A DNA stretch of 64,000 bases, taken from an uncultured bacterium. Its GTDB lineage: Bacteria; Acidobacteriota; HRBIN11; JAKEFK01. The first letter of the stretch is position 1; every line of letters starts with the position of its first letter. This document shows, piece by piece, positions 9,327 through 19,625 of the stretch. The position numbers and the translations under genes were made by a program. The stretch lies in assembly GCA_963777505.1 (NCBI GenBank), contig CAVZQN010000001.1, forward strand, positions 320,001 to 384,000, given 5' to 3'. The notes under the pieces were generated by a model. That model did not search any database. It saw only the letters and a program-made list of their open reading frames with translations, and was not told the DNA's origin.

Positions 9327-11336
9327 TTACGAGTCTGGCGGGAAAACTTCCAATACCGAAAAATCTACCCAGTAAATTCCTTCAGTGTTAGGAGCGACTT
9401 TTAGAATCCGTTCACCGATTTCTTTTGGTGGATCTTTTAACTGAATCCACCATGGCCGATCCGAAGGATATCCAATTTGATATGCAACAGGCGCTGGTGC
9501 AAATGCTTTGGCCCACACAGCAAATTCATCGATCATCGCATCCATGGAAGGCAATATCTGACTATCATCTACGAACAATAATCCGTCGCGCAAAGTGGGC
9601 GGCATCTTTTCAATCAACCAATGCTTGAGGAATAACCTGTATTCAGGATTGTATGATCGAGCGATAGAAAGCCACTGACTTGCAAGAGCGTCACTCACAG
9701 GTTCGCCTTGATCCGGATCTAAAGATTTGTACCACTCCACATCAATCCCAACCCCAACCACCGAACGATGATGTCCATATTTTTTCAGGATAAGGTGAAG
9801 CAATTTGTCCACTGATGCAAATCTTGGCTCAACCTGAAGCCAGATACGAAAATTCATCGTGTCAAACAGAGTCAATGCCTTTTCAGTTCTATCATCAACA
9901 TCCTTACCTGTTATTAATGGATCACCGACATCGTCGATGCTGAAAGGTAATTCGACTCCTCGATCGGTCTTTTTTCCTACGATCCAAATTGCTTCCGGAG
10001 TTGCGCCTGGAAACTTTGCTGCCATTTCACGGCCTACACGTGCCCAATATGCAGGACCTGGATCGTATCGCGGACCATAAATAGAACAACGAAAACCAGC
10101 CCCTAATCCTCGTCGCGTAGTACTATTACTATAGTACGTAGCTGCTGTTAGTGGAACGGGTGATTGGATCCATGCCAATAATTCTTTCGCGCTGACCACT
10201 CGCACTTCCGGTTTTGAAAGCGCGTAATCAAAAAATTCCTGAATCGCCTCGCGGCGTTCTCGAACATTAGCGCCGGGTGGTTGTTCCGGGCTGCTATCCG
10301 CATAAATGGCGCTATGCAAACCCACTGTTAATGGACATCTGTTCCCTTGCAAACGCAAATCCAGCGTATACTTCAACGTTGCAAGAACCTCTGCTTTCGT
10401 CATGCCGTATTCAAACCATAGATTCCAATCCATTCCTGTCACTTTGCCCTGATCCGCTTCAAAGTACTTCACTTTCTGCTTCAAACGATTACGTAAACCA
10501 GCCGCAACACCGTAGGCTTCACATTGATCATCGGGCGGCACAATGAATGCATACACCGGCAGCTCCCATAATCCAGGATGTTCGCGCACGCGAGGCAAAC
10601 CCTGTGTCTTATACGTTGCTTGATTACCTGGACTGCCGTGATTCAACAGATAAGGCCAAAGAAAATTCCGACCATCCTGATCATGCTGAAATCCTTCTTC
10701 GATACTGCAATCGTAAAGAAATCCCTTATTTCTCGCAGCTTTGAATGTGCGATCGCCATACTCAAGAAACGGTGTACGAAAACCAGGGAACTGACCGCTT
10801 TGAATGCCAAGCCCATCTGGCCGCGTTAAATAATCCATGCAAAGCTGCATTTCTTTTTCCCATTCGCCCACGCTGAATTCACGCCCATGCGGATGAGAAT
10901 GAGTATGAATGCCTATTTCGTGTCCGCGATCCAACGCTTCTTTCCAGGATTGTTTTACGAATGAAGGATCTTCCTGTCCATCTGGAGTTATGTAAATCGT
11001 ATTCACATAAAATGAATAATGTGGTTGTTGGCCGTCAAAATTGCGAAGGTCGCCTGTCCCTGCTGGATTCGCTCGCGAAGAAAACAGTTCAGTAAGAAAA
11101 TGCATTCCACCACTGCCACCGGATCCTTCTAGCCCAGAGTAAGGATTGTCATCCGTACCAAATGAAACAAACAGTGGAACCTGCTCTACGTTCAACCCAC
11201 CCGGAGGCTTTTGCATTGTTGCCGCTGGGATCGGAAATTTATGTGCGCCGCACGATACGACGCCAAGTAAAACTATTACTAGAAAAGATTTGGCGATAAC
11301 ACTCATTCTTTTATTCATTCCAATTCCGATAGCCAT
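9327..11336 (-). CDS. Lipoprotein: polysaccharide (chitin-type) deacetylase domain fused to a putative glycoside-hydrolase-like C-terminal domain
   Basis: Lipobox LLGVVSC; CE4-like motifs FGTDD, HEIGIHTHSH and GFRTPFL; C-domain carries GVGIDVEW. SD GGAGAAGG before ATG 11336. Confidence 0.75.
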   Translation of the reverse strand: MAIGIGMNKRMSVIAKSFLVIVLLGVVSCGAHKFPIPAATMQKPPGGLNVEQVPLFVSFGTDDNPYSGLEGSGGSGGMHFLTELFSSRANPAGTGDLRNFDGQQPHYSFYVNTIYITPDGQEDPSFVKQSWKEALDRGHEIGIHTHSHPHGREFSVGEWEKEMQLCMDYLTRPDGLGIQSGQFPGFRTPFLEYGDRTFKAARNKGFLYDCSIEEGFQHDQDGRNFLWPYLLNHGSPGNQATYKTQGLPRVREHPGLWELPVYAFIVPPDDQCEAYGVAAGLRNRLKQKVKYFEADQGKVTGMDWNLWFEYGMTKAEVLATLKYTLDLRLQGNRCPLTVGLHSAIYADSSPEQPPGANVRERREAIQEFFDYALSKPEVRVVSAKELLAWIQSPVPLTAATYYSNSTTRRGLGAGFRCSIYGPRYDPGPAYWARVGREMAAKFPGATPEAIWIVGKKTDRGVELPFSIDDVGDPLITGKDVDDRTEKALTLFDTMNFRIWLQVEPRFASVDKLLHLILKKYGHHRSVVGVGIDVEWYKSLDPDQGEPVSDALASQWLSIARSYNPEYRLFLKHWLIEKMPPTLRDGLLFVDDSQILPSMDAMIDEFAVWAKAFAPAPVAYQIGYPSDRPWWIQLKDPPKEIGERILKVAPNTEGIYWVDFSVLEVFPPDS

Positions 11337-11348
11337 TTTCCTTCTCCA

Positions 11349-11371
11349 GCAGACGGGACGTCTGCGGTCCC
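11349..11371. repeat. REP-like palindrome
   Basis: GCAGACGGGACGTCTGCGGTCCC directly after the SIS gene stop. Confidence 0.7.
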
Positions 11372-12409
11372 TTATCTGGTTTCGGTGACTTTGTGGATTC
11401 CGCGAGGGGATTCCGTATCGTAACCTTTTACACGAGCAAGGTGATAACAAAATAATTGAGCAGGCACAATTGAAACTAAGGGATTCAGCCATTCTGGAAT
11501 TCCATTTGGAAGAGTCAGCGAAGTATGTGCCAGATTTTGTGCTTCATTCAAATCTGAGATCACAAGCAATTCTGCTGATCGCCCAAAGCGCAATTCGCGA
11601 AGCACATCGATTACAGATTTGGCAACAGCACCTTCAGTGACAACTGCAAAGATAGGAAAGCTGCCATCGACCATCGCGATTGGACCATGCATAAAGTCGG
11701 CAGATGAAAACGAAGCCGCCTTAATGTATGCAAGCTCCTTGAGTTTCAGGCCCCACTCATATGCAGTTGGATAGTTATATCCGCGTCCGAGTACAACGCA
11801 ATCAGAAAGGGATCGATAATGTTGAGCTTTTACATTGACTTCGTTGTCTTGTTGAAGCGCAATTTGAATCCACTCTGGAACCTTATCTAATTCCTTCCAT
11901 CTGGCCCCATCATGTTTCAACGCTGATGACAGCATTGCGATTGCCATCAATTCCGTGCTGTATGTTTTTGTCGCAGCAACTGCATTTTCGTCGCCAGCGC
12001 CGATATCGAATACAAAATCGGCCTCGTTTGCAAGCGGCGAATTGACTTCGTTTGTAATTGCAAGAGTTAAACAACCCTGTCTCTTTCCTTCTGTAATTAC
12101 GCTCACAATATCCGGAGAGCGACCAGACTGTGAAATTCCGACAACTAAAGCAGAACGGAGTTGTGGCGGCTGATTGTAATAGGTAAACAAAGATGGAGCA
12201 GCAAATGCAACAGGGAGTTGATTTTCCGCACCCCATAAATAATTCGCATATCGTCCCGCCGTTTCTGATGTCCCCCTTGCGGCTATGAAAACAAATCGGA
12301 TGTCCTTCTTTTGAATTGCTGACGCAATTTCTTCAGCCGCACGCCTTTGTGTACGAAGCAGCCCTTCCAAACAACCAGGTTGTTCGTGAATTTCAGAATG
12401 AAGGCTCAT
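11372..12409 (-). CDS. Double-SIS sugar isomerase; probable glucosamine-6-phosphate deaminase (GlmS C-terminal-like, no glutaminase domain)
   Basis: EIHEQP, ARGTS, ISQSGRSPD, AVAATKTY, EWGLKLKE, HGPIA and C-terminal PRGIHKVTETR. Confidence 0.85.
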   Translation of the reverse strand: MSLHSEIHEQPGCLEGLLRTQRRAAEEIASAIQKKDIRFVFIAARGTSETAGRYANYLWGAENQLPVAFAAPSLFTYYNQPPQLRSALVVGISQSGRSPDIVSVITEGKRQGCLTLAITNEVNSPLANEADFVFDIGAGDENAVAATKTYSTELMAIAMLSSALKHDGARWKELDKVPEWIQIALQQDNEVNVKAQHYRSLSDCVVLGRGYNYPTAYEWGLKLKELAYIKAASFSSADFMHGPIAMVDGSFPIFAVVTEGAVAKSVIDVLRELRFGRSAELLVISDLNEAQNLAHTSLTLPNGIPEWLNPLVSIVPAQLFCYHLARVKGYDTESPRGIHKVTETR

Positions 12410-13272
12410 GCTATTTTTTTCTCCATTGCATCAAGGTGTAGAGCCGCGGCACCCAACAATGCGATGTCAGGCAATTCAGATTTTTCTATAACAAGACGCT
12501 TTAAGACATGTTGAAATGCGAAAGTCGAAGTTAATTTCTCCATCATGCTTTTTTTGAAAAATTCAAAAGCGCGGCTGATGGATCCTCCAAGGATTATGAT
12601 TTCAGGATCATATGCATATAAGGCGATTAACATAACATGTGCCATTTCAATTCCAAACTTTTCAAATGCATGAATCGCATCCGAATCACCTGCAGCAGCA
12701 CGTTCGAATACGGCTTCGCCACTCATCCCATAGAATCGTGTAAAGAATTCTCCACTGCAATAATTCTCGATCGTACGTTCTTTATATGGGATGGTTCCAA
12801 TTTCTCCTGCCCCGCAGTTGGTTCCGCTGTACAAACGGCGGTCGATAATAATTCCCGCTCCCAATCCAGTTCCGATGGTAATCCCCACAACGTTTCGAAA
12901 ACCGCGTCCTTTACCGTAATGACACTCGCCCAATGCAAAACAATTCGCATCGTTGTTCACATGAACTGATACCTGGAACGTACTTTCAAGAATTTCTCGC
13001 AAATGAACTTCCTTCCAAGAGGGAATATTTTGCACCGAATAAACGATTCCATGATTTACATCGACAACACTTGGAACTCCAATTCCGATCCCGGAAATTG
13101 TGTCATCAAAAACAGTATGAATCGCATCGATTAGTTCCTTGACTACAACCTGATCGTTATCAGTTGCAGGTACCGGACGTGAACATCGCTCGGTCACTGA
13201 GTCCTTTTGTACTTTACCAATCCGAAGGTTTGTTCCTCCAAGATCAACGGCGATTAGTGCGACTTCTTTCAT
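12406..13272 (-). CDS. ROK family sugar kinase
   Basis: AVDLGGTN, VNNDANCFALGE, IGTGLGAG and GAGEIG. True start MKEVAL overlaps the MFS stop (ATGA). Confidence 0.9.
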   Translation of the reverse strand: MKEVALIAVDLGGTNLRIGKVQKDSVTERCSRPVPATDNDQVVVKELIDAIHTVFDDTISGIGIGVPSVVDVNHGIVYSVQNIPSWKEVHLREILESTFQVSVHVNNDANCFALGECHYGKGRGFRNVVGITIGTGLGAGIIIDRRLYSGTNCGAGEIGTIPYKERTIENYCSGEFFTRFYGMSGEAVFERAAAGDSDAIHAFEKFGIEMAHVMLIALYAYDPEIIILGGSISRAFEFFKKSMMEKLTSTFAFQHVLKRLVIEKSELPDIALLGAAALHLDAMEKKIA

Positions 13273-14534
13273 GCTCTTGCAGTTTCTGGTTGAGATTTTT
13301 TTCGAATCGTTGCATTTGTAATCAGAGGGCGTGCCCAGAATCCAATGCTCAAAATGTATCCAAGGGTCAGATATAAGAAAATCATGCCGTAACGCAATCC
13401 AATCATGTCTCCAAGCCACCCGATTACGAGTGGAACAATCGCACCGCCTACAATTCCCGTACACAATATTCCAGAAAACGAACCATGGTGCCGGTCGAGC
13501 GAGTTGAGCGCAAGCGAAAAAATGATCGACCACATTACGGAAACACAAAATCCAACGCTAGCGAATGCAATTTTCGAAACATTTGCCGGTCCAAAAAGCG
13601 CTACACTGAGCATTGCGATCGAAAGCACTCCAGAACCGATCAATACCGACCTGCTATCAAAAAGCTTCAAAAGCACCAAGCCTACTGCGCATCCAATTGT
13701 CATCAATCCCCAAAACCATGAAACCGCCTGAGCTCCATCTACTTCCGGACGCATACCGTGATATCTTCTCAAAAATTCCGAAATCCAATTTGCTATCCCT
13801 TGTTCCGTTCCGACATAGGCAAAAATTCCGATGAAAAATAGGATCACTGTACGATTCTTGAAGAGTTGCAGGTACGTTTCTTTCGCTCCTGTTTTTTCAT
13901 CTTCCTTTAATTCAACTTTCGGCAATCGATACAATGCGAGCATCATAACCATGAACAAACAAACTGCGGCGAAGACCCAGTAAAGCGATACCCATGGGAG
14001 ATCCGGTGGAACAAGATCGCGGAGAGTGGCAATTAGCCAGCCATCAGCTCCCGGAGGCTGTTTTAGATTCGTAACGAGGTACGAATAAATCTTTGGACTT
14101 ATGTAGGACGCAAGTCCAAAAACCAATTGTCCAAGCACTGAAAAAAATGCGAAATGTTCTTCCCCGCCCGCCGTCCTTAATAATGGATTAATTGCAACTT
14201 GAAGCATGGCCATTCCAATACCAATTGAAAAAAAGGAAACAAGAGCCACATGAAACACTGGCCTCATCGCAAAAAATAAAGACGCAACAAGAGCAATGAC
14301 AAAAGAAGCAATCAGAATCGGCTTTTCAGTAAATTTTTCCAGTAAAATTCCGGCGGGAATTGACATCGGACCATAGGCAATGAAAAACGCAAATGGTAAA
14401 AACCCGGCAAGTACAAGGCTGAGTTTGAATGCATCAATGATATTCGGCACAAGCGGTCCGATGATGTTAGTGAGCAACGAGATCACGAAGAAGATAAAAA
14501 AGACAAGGGCTACGACTGCGTTGTTTCTAACCAC
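13269..14534 (-). CDS. MFS sugar transporter (FucP/GluP/NagP family)
   Basis: About 12 TM segments; FFIAYG, LQVAINP and YVGTEQG motifs. Confidence 0.88.
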   Translation of the reverse strand: MVRNNAVVALVFFIFFVISLLTNIIGPLVPNIIDAFKLSLVLAGFLPFAFFIAYGPMSIPAGILLEKFTEKPILIASFVIALVASLFFAMRPVFHVALVSFFSIGIGMAMLQVAINPLLRTAGGEEHFAFFSVLGQLVFGLASYISPKIYSYLVTNLKQPPGADGWLIATLRDLVPPDLPWVSLYWVFAAVCLFMVMMLALYRLPKVELKEDEKTGAKETYLQLFKNRTVILFFIGIFAYVGTEQGIANWISEFLRRYHGMRPEVDGAQAVSWFWGLMTIGCAVGLVLLKLFDSRSVLIGSGVLSIAMLSVALFGPANVSKIAFASVGFCVSVMWSIIFSLALNSLDRHHGSFSGILCTGIVGGAIVPLVIGWLGDMIGLRYGMIFLYLTLGYILSIGFWARPLITNATIRKKSQPETARA

Positions 14535-14551
14535 GATGTGCTCCTTTTGTA

Positions 14552-14601
14552 GCGGACGGGACGTCCGCGGTCCCCAATGCAGGCGAGACGCCTGCGGTCC
14601 C
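14552..14601. repeat. Two tandem REP-like palindromes
   Basis: GCGGACGGGACGTCCGCGGTCCC and GCAGGCGAGACGCCTGCGGTCCC. Confidence 0.75.
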
Positions 14602-14610
14602 TTACGAACA

Positions 14611-17187
14611 TCATTTCACGTTCCAGCCTGAATACATCAGGGTTGGTTTTTCTCCGTTTAAGTTTTCCAGAGAGAAACGGGCGGAAAGTTGTTTCGTTTC
14701 ACCTGGAAGAAGCGAAACATAATTGTCATCCCAAAGCACCGGAAGAATTGTACGGCCGGTTTTATCTCCTATCACTTTTAGTTCAATGAAAAACGCAACC
14801 TTCTGTGTGGGATTTTTTAACGTTACACTGACTCCGTTGTCATCCCACTTTTGTTCTACTGAGACCTTCACTGGCTCTAATTTAGAAAATGAAGTGAAGT
14901 CAGCGTGCTCCTTGATGGGCGTGTAATACCAATCGGTTTTTTCAAAATCAAGAACATCCGGTTTTGACGAAAGCCAATAAAAGTTGTCAGCAACAACTTT
15001 GCCATCAGCATCTTTCAATTTCAGACTTAGAAACTGAATTGGTGATGTGTTTTGCCCGGAAGGAAGTTCCAGAATTTGCTTAGATTCGTATTCCCCGATT
15101 GACGTTTTTAGATTCTGCGAAAGCAATTCTTTCGATTCAAAAGAGAGCAACTTAATCTCGGCATTCAACGAAGAATGAGATTGATAGGTATCATTCACAA
15201 TAAAGATTGAACGCTTTCCGTAATCAAAAGAAATATTGAGCGGCTGATTCGCTTTTCGTGCTCCATAGAATGATCCGCCAGGCATTAAGTAATAGTCATA
15301 AAGCTGCCAGAACATTTTGGGCCATGCTGCGTTGAGCATCCACATAACAATGCCTGTTGAAACTGGTTTTCGAGTTCCAAAGGCTTCATACATTGCACGC
15401 ACAGCTTCGTAATTTAGTGCTTGTGCTTTTTTTGCAAAATCTTCCAGATCTGTAGCAGCGCCATAACGTTTGTTAAAAGCCTTCATGTAATAGTCCATTG
15501 ATTTGAATTCGTTACGGCCGGAATGGAAATTCCACACATCATTGATCGGCCAGTGATGCTCTTTTGCAAATTGCTTTTCGATGCTTTCCATCGGAGGTGG
15601 CTGCGCTCCAGGACTTGTTTCCGTATTGAATCCGTATGCGCCGCCATTTTCAGTGTCCACATACCAGTAGTTTGGCGTCACATATTCATAAGGTCCCAAC
15701 ATTTTCACAGCAGTCGGACCACTCACTTCACTTGTATATCCTTTTGTGGCACTAAGGATTGGACGACCTGGATCGATTTGTGCGAGCAACGCACGATACC
15801 GTTTTTCCAATTCAGGATTAGGCAACATATCACTCGCAAGCGCCCACACAAAAATACTGGGATGCTCTCGCAGCCACAAAACCTGATGCCTTAAATATTC
15901 CACCGCAAGTTTCATGTCCTCTTCAGACATGATTCCGCCGAATTTTTCATCGACTTCCTTTCCCAGATATCCTTTCCATTCCCATTGGCAGCTGAAGCCA
16001 ACCATCAGCATGATTCCGTATCGATCTGCCAATTCATAAAGTTTTTCACTGGAGCCCCAAATTCCTTCAAGGCGAACTGTATTCAGATTCAAATGCTTTA
16101 CATATTGAAACTGTGCTTCCAGATTCTTTTCATCTTCATACAGAAACAAGTCATCTACCCAGCCGCCGCCGCGAATCAGAATCTTTTTGCCGTTTACAAT
16201 GTAACCACGGTGTCCTTGCTCATTCAGATAATCTTTAAATTCACGAATGCCAAAGGTAAGGTTTTGTTTATCAGAAGCTTTTTGTAAATGCCGTACGGTG
16301 ACTGAAAGCGAATAGAGTTCAGGACTACCAAGATTGTTAGGCCACCAAAGACGAGGATTTTTAACAATCAAATCAGAAAACTCTGACGGAAGGATCCGGA
16401 ATTCCTTGGTCTCTTTCGGTCCAAGTGAGTAATTCTGTGTGAATTGAATACCTCCTTCGATTTCTCCGAATATCGTTCCTGAAACGGCTTGATTGCTGTG
16501 ATTGACTAGCTCACCGTTGATTGTTAGATGTGCTTCGTCTAAAGATTCAAGCTTACTGTCAACAAAAAGATTCTCAAGTGAAACAAGTCCTGTGCTTTTC
16601 ACTTTCACTTCGCGGAACAAACCCATATTTCTGTCCGGGGGTACTGGATTCCAATCAACAAATCCGATTGTGAGATCTCCGGGCTTTGGAGGAAAGACTT
16701 GAACAGAAAGTACATTCCCTTTTCTGCGGACAACCGAAGTAATATCAAAATCAAATCGTTTGAAAGCTCCCGAAGCTTCATCTGCGGAAGCAATCTTTTT
16801 TCCATTCAGAAAAATATTTGCACTGTAATTAATGCCATCAAAAATCAGCCTGACATTTTCCAATCTGGTTGCCGGATCCAGATCAAATTTGTTTCGATAC
16901 CACCAGGAGACTTGAAACGGTTCATACGAAATAGTCGTCAGGTTTTTGCCGAAGTATGGATCTCGGTAGACACCGCATCGAACCAGGGCCGCCAGAACAG
17001 TATTAGGAACAGTTGTCGCACACCATCCAGAAGTGTCAAAAACAGGCTTTGAAAGTTCTTCAGGTTTAGCAGAAACCTCGGAAGAAGAACGGATGCTCCA
17101 ACCTGCCTTCAGTAATTGTTCAGCCGCTTGTGTATCAGAAAATGAAATCACAAGAACTACAAGAAAGAGCCAGCAACATTTTTTCAT
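14611..17187 (-). CDS. GH2 exo-beta-D-glucosaminidase (CsxA-like), exported
   Basis: FDGINY, FVDWNP, IRGGGW, LNTVRLEG, HPSIFVW, GFNTETS, WMLNAAWP and WDDNYVSLLPGE; signal peptide; amino-sugar gene context. Confidence 0.85.
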   Translation of the reverse strand: MKKCCWLFLVVLVISFSDTQAAEQLLKAGWSIRSSSEVSAKPEELSKPVFDTSGWCATTVPNTVLAALVRCGVYRDPYFGKNLTTISYEPFQVSWWYRNKFDLDPATRLENVRLIFDGINYSANIFLNGKKIASADEASGAFKRFDFDITSVVRRKGNVLSVQVFPPKPGDLTIGFVDWNPVPPDRNMGLFREVKVKSTGLVSLENLFVDSKLESLDEAHLTINGELVNHSNQAVSGTIFGEIEGGIQFTQNYSLGPKETKEFRILPSEFSDLIVKNPRLWWPNNLGSPELYSLSVTVRHLQKASDKQNLTFGIREFKDYLNEQGHRGYIVNGKKILIRGGGWVDDLFLYEDEKNLEAQFQYVKHLNLNTVRLEGIWGSSEKLYELADRYGIMLMVGFSCQWEWKGYLGKEVDEKFGGIMSEEDMKLAVEYLRHQVLWLREHPSIFVWALASDMLPNPELEKRYRALLAQIDPGRPILSATKGYTSEVSGPTAVKMLGPYEYVTPNYWYVDTENGGAYGFNTETSPGAQPPPMESIEKQFAKEHHWPINDVWNFHSGRNEFKSMDYYMKAFNKRYGAATDLEDFAKKAQALNYEAVRAMYEAFGTRKPVSTGIVMWMLNAAWPKMFWQLYDYYLMPGGSFYGARKANQPLNISFDYGKRSIFIVNDTYQSHSSLNAEIKLLSFESKELLSQNLKTSIGEYESKQILELPSGQNTSPIQFLSLKLKDADGKVVADNFYWLSSKPDVLDFEKTDWYYTPIKEHADFTSFSKLEPVKVSVEQKWDDNGVSVTLKNPTQKVAFFIELKVIGDKTGRTILPVLWDDNYVSLLPGETKQLSARFSLENLNGEKPTLMYSGWNVK

Positions 17188-17215
17188 ATTATTTAATCTC
17201 TTTGTGTCTCTGTGG

Positions 17216-19556
17216 TTAATTTCTTATCTGTGCCTTATATTGGTTTGCACTGGCCAAAGCCTCTCTGACCTGTTGCGGTTGTTTTTTCCGGTTATAAATA
17301 TCAGCGAGCAAAAAATAACCCATCGCTTTGTGCGCAGGATTTCTTGCGAGCGATAATCCTTGATCTGTTAATTTCAAAATTTCATTCGTATCCGCATTTT
17401 GCTGCAATAAACCGCGCGCGAGAAATAAGTAGCCCATTGCATTCTTTGGAGCAGTACGAACGACTTCACGCATCTGTACCATATATGCTTCTTGATCACC
17501 GCGGCGAAGCTGAAGCCGTCCAAGATTAAAACGTGCCATAAAACAATCCGGATACAGTTCTAATTCCTTTTCGTATTCACTGTAGCTCTCTTGTAATTTC
17601 CCCTGTTCTTCATAAAGCAATCCAAGATGAAAGTGCGCTAACGGAAACTTAGGATGATCCAGAAGAATTGCGGTTAAGTTCTTTTGCGCTTCATCATATT
17701 GCCTTAATCCAATCAGGCATGCGACGTAATTCAATTGGTTTTGTGTTAACTTGGGCTGGATTTCCACGGCTTTCTTCAACGCAGGCAATGCATCTTTGAA
17801 ATTCGCCATATCCATGTAAGCTTGTCCCATCAACGCCAGCGCTTGCGTATTCCGTTCATCGACTTCTATCGCTTTCTTGCAAAGCTGAATTACTTCATCT
17901 GACTTCCCTTCATCCTGAAGAACCTTCGCAAGACACACCAGGGCACGAACATTCACAGGGTCTTCCTCAAGTAAGTCGCGCAACAGAGAAGAGGCTTCAT
18001 CCAATCGCTTCAGTTCCACATAGTTTCCAGCAAGAAGCAATCGTGCTTGTGGATTTTGGGGATCTTCCTTCAGAATTTTTTCCAAAACAGCCGCAGCTTG
18101 TTCGTATTGATCGTTGTTGCTTAGCTCGCCTGCTTCCTGAATTGCCTCATGGACAACCAGCTTGTCTTTTGGATCAATTAAATTGTGAGAATCGCCGTCC
18201 GGCTTTGTAGAAACAGCTGCGCCGATGTAGCCAAGCGCTGCAAGACGTTCAACCGTTTCGCTATCAAGATTGGCCACATTCGCACCGGGAGCTCCTTCCG
18301 ATGTTTCTGCCACAACTTTCTTCAGAGACTTGTTGTAATCGCCAGCAGTCTTTGAGAGTTGTTGATGAATGTCGCTTTTTTCCGATGGATCACTTTTCAG
18401 ATCGTAAAATTCTGGACGTGGTGCATCGATGTATTTGTATTTGGAAGTACGCAGACTCAGAAGCGGTGACCATCCATACTGAATGCTTGGCGCCATTGAT
18501 TCGCTGTATGCATAAAAGCGATCCTCACTGCGCCCACCATCTTGAATCAATGACCACAACGATGTTACCTTGAACATTTTTAGGAATTGCGATGCCGGAA
18601 GCCTGCAACAACGTTGGATATAAATCGATTGTTCTTACCTGAGAAGGGATTTCCAATCCCGTCCCTGTTTAATTGGAGCTGAAAGAATAAACGGAACATG
18701 CACTGCATAGTCATAAATGTAATATCCATGCGATTTTTCACCGTGATCACCTAATCCCTCACCGTGATCGCCGATGACTGCAACGATTGTTTTTTCACGC
18801 AATCCTTTTTTTTCAAGCCAATCCAAGCATCGACCAATCTGTTCATCCATGAAAGCAATTTCACCATCATAAAGTCCAATCATGCTATTTGAAGAAGGCC
18901 GAAATCGATCTGGTGGTGAGTATGGAGTATGCGGGTCATAAAAATGCAGCCATGCGAAAAAGGGTTTATCCTTTTGTTCTTCAAGCCACGCTAACGCAGC
19001 ATCAGCGATTTCATTTCCAGGTCTTTGAACCAGACCGAGATCGAGCTTCTTGAATTTTTTCAAATCGAATTGATCATCATAGTGACTGAATCCTTGATTG
19101 AGCCCCCAGCGTCCATCCAGCACAAACGCGCCGACAAATGCGCCAGTTTGATAACCGTTTTCTGAAAATGCTTCAGCCAGAGTAAGATTTTCTGATGAAA
19201 GAGCTGTGTTTCCGTTAATCCGCACTCCATGATAGGTGGGATATGTTCCAGTAAATATGGAACAATGCGCAGGAAGTGTAAGTGGAGATGTTGTTGCGCA
19301 CTGCCGAAACAGAATTCCTTGCTTTCGCTAAAGAATCCAAATTCGGGGTGCGAATATTCTTGTAACCATATGCCGGAAGATGGTCTGCGCGAGTCGTATC
19401 AACCGTGATCAGAAGAACGTTCGGTTTTTTAAGTTTTTGTAATCCAGCAATGATGTTCTCGTTTGAGGTTCGACAACTGAACAAAAGAAGAATTGAGGTC
19501 GCAACTATGCTGAGCAGCGAGATGAGGAACAGTCCTCGCGTAGGTGCTTTTTGCAT
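17216..19556 (-). CDS. Sulfatase-like (alkaline phosphatase superfamily) lipoprotein with C-terminal TPRs; three apparent frameshifts (~19324, ~18658, ~18566)
   Basis: NVLLITVDTTRADH, LTLPAH, HFYDPH, YDGEI, GDHGE and RLAALGY, then TPRs, spread over the track ORFs and one intervening frame. Confidence 0.82.
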
Positions 19557-19587
19557 AGTTATCCTCTTACCCTATTCGAAGAAATGA

Positions 19588-19610
19588 GGGCGGCCCACGA
19601 TGGACCGCCC
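19588..19610 (-). terminator. GC-rich hairpin after the TonB-receptor stop (terminator or processing element)
   Basis: GGGCGGCCCA-CGA-TGGACCGCCC; only a weak U-tract on the minus strand. Confidence 0.5.
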
Positions 19611-19625
19611 GAAAAAATCTAAGCT

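Noticed and set aside
11337-13548. Long N-terminal extensions of track ORFs 9327-11492 and 12406-13548 (also those starting at 3830 and 58202)
   Set aside because: The extensions overlap neighbouring genes or repeats. Downstream starts have an SD, stop-start coupling or family-typical N-termini.
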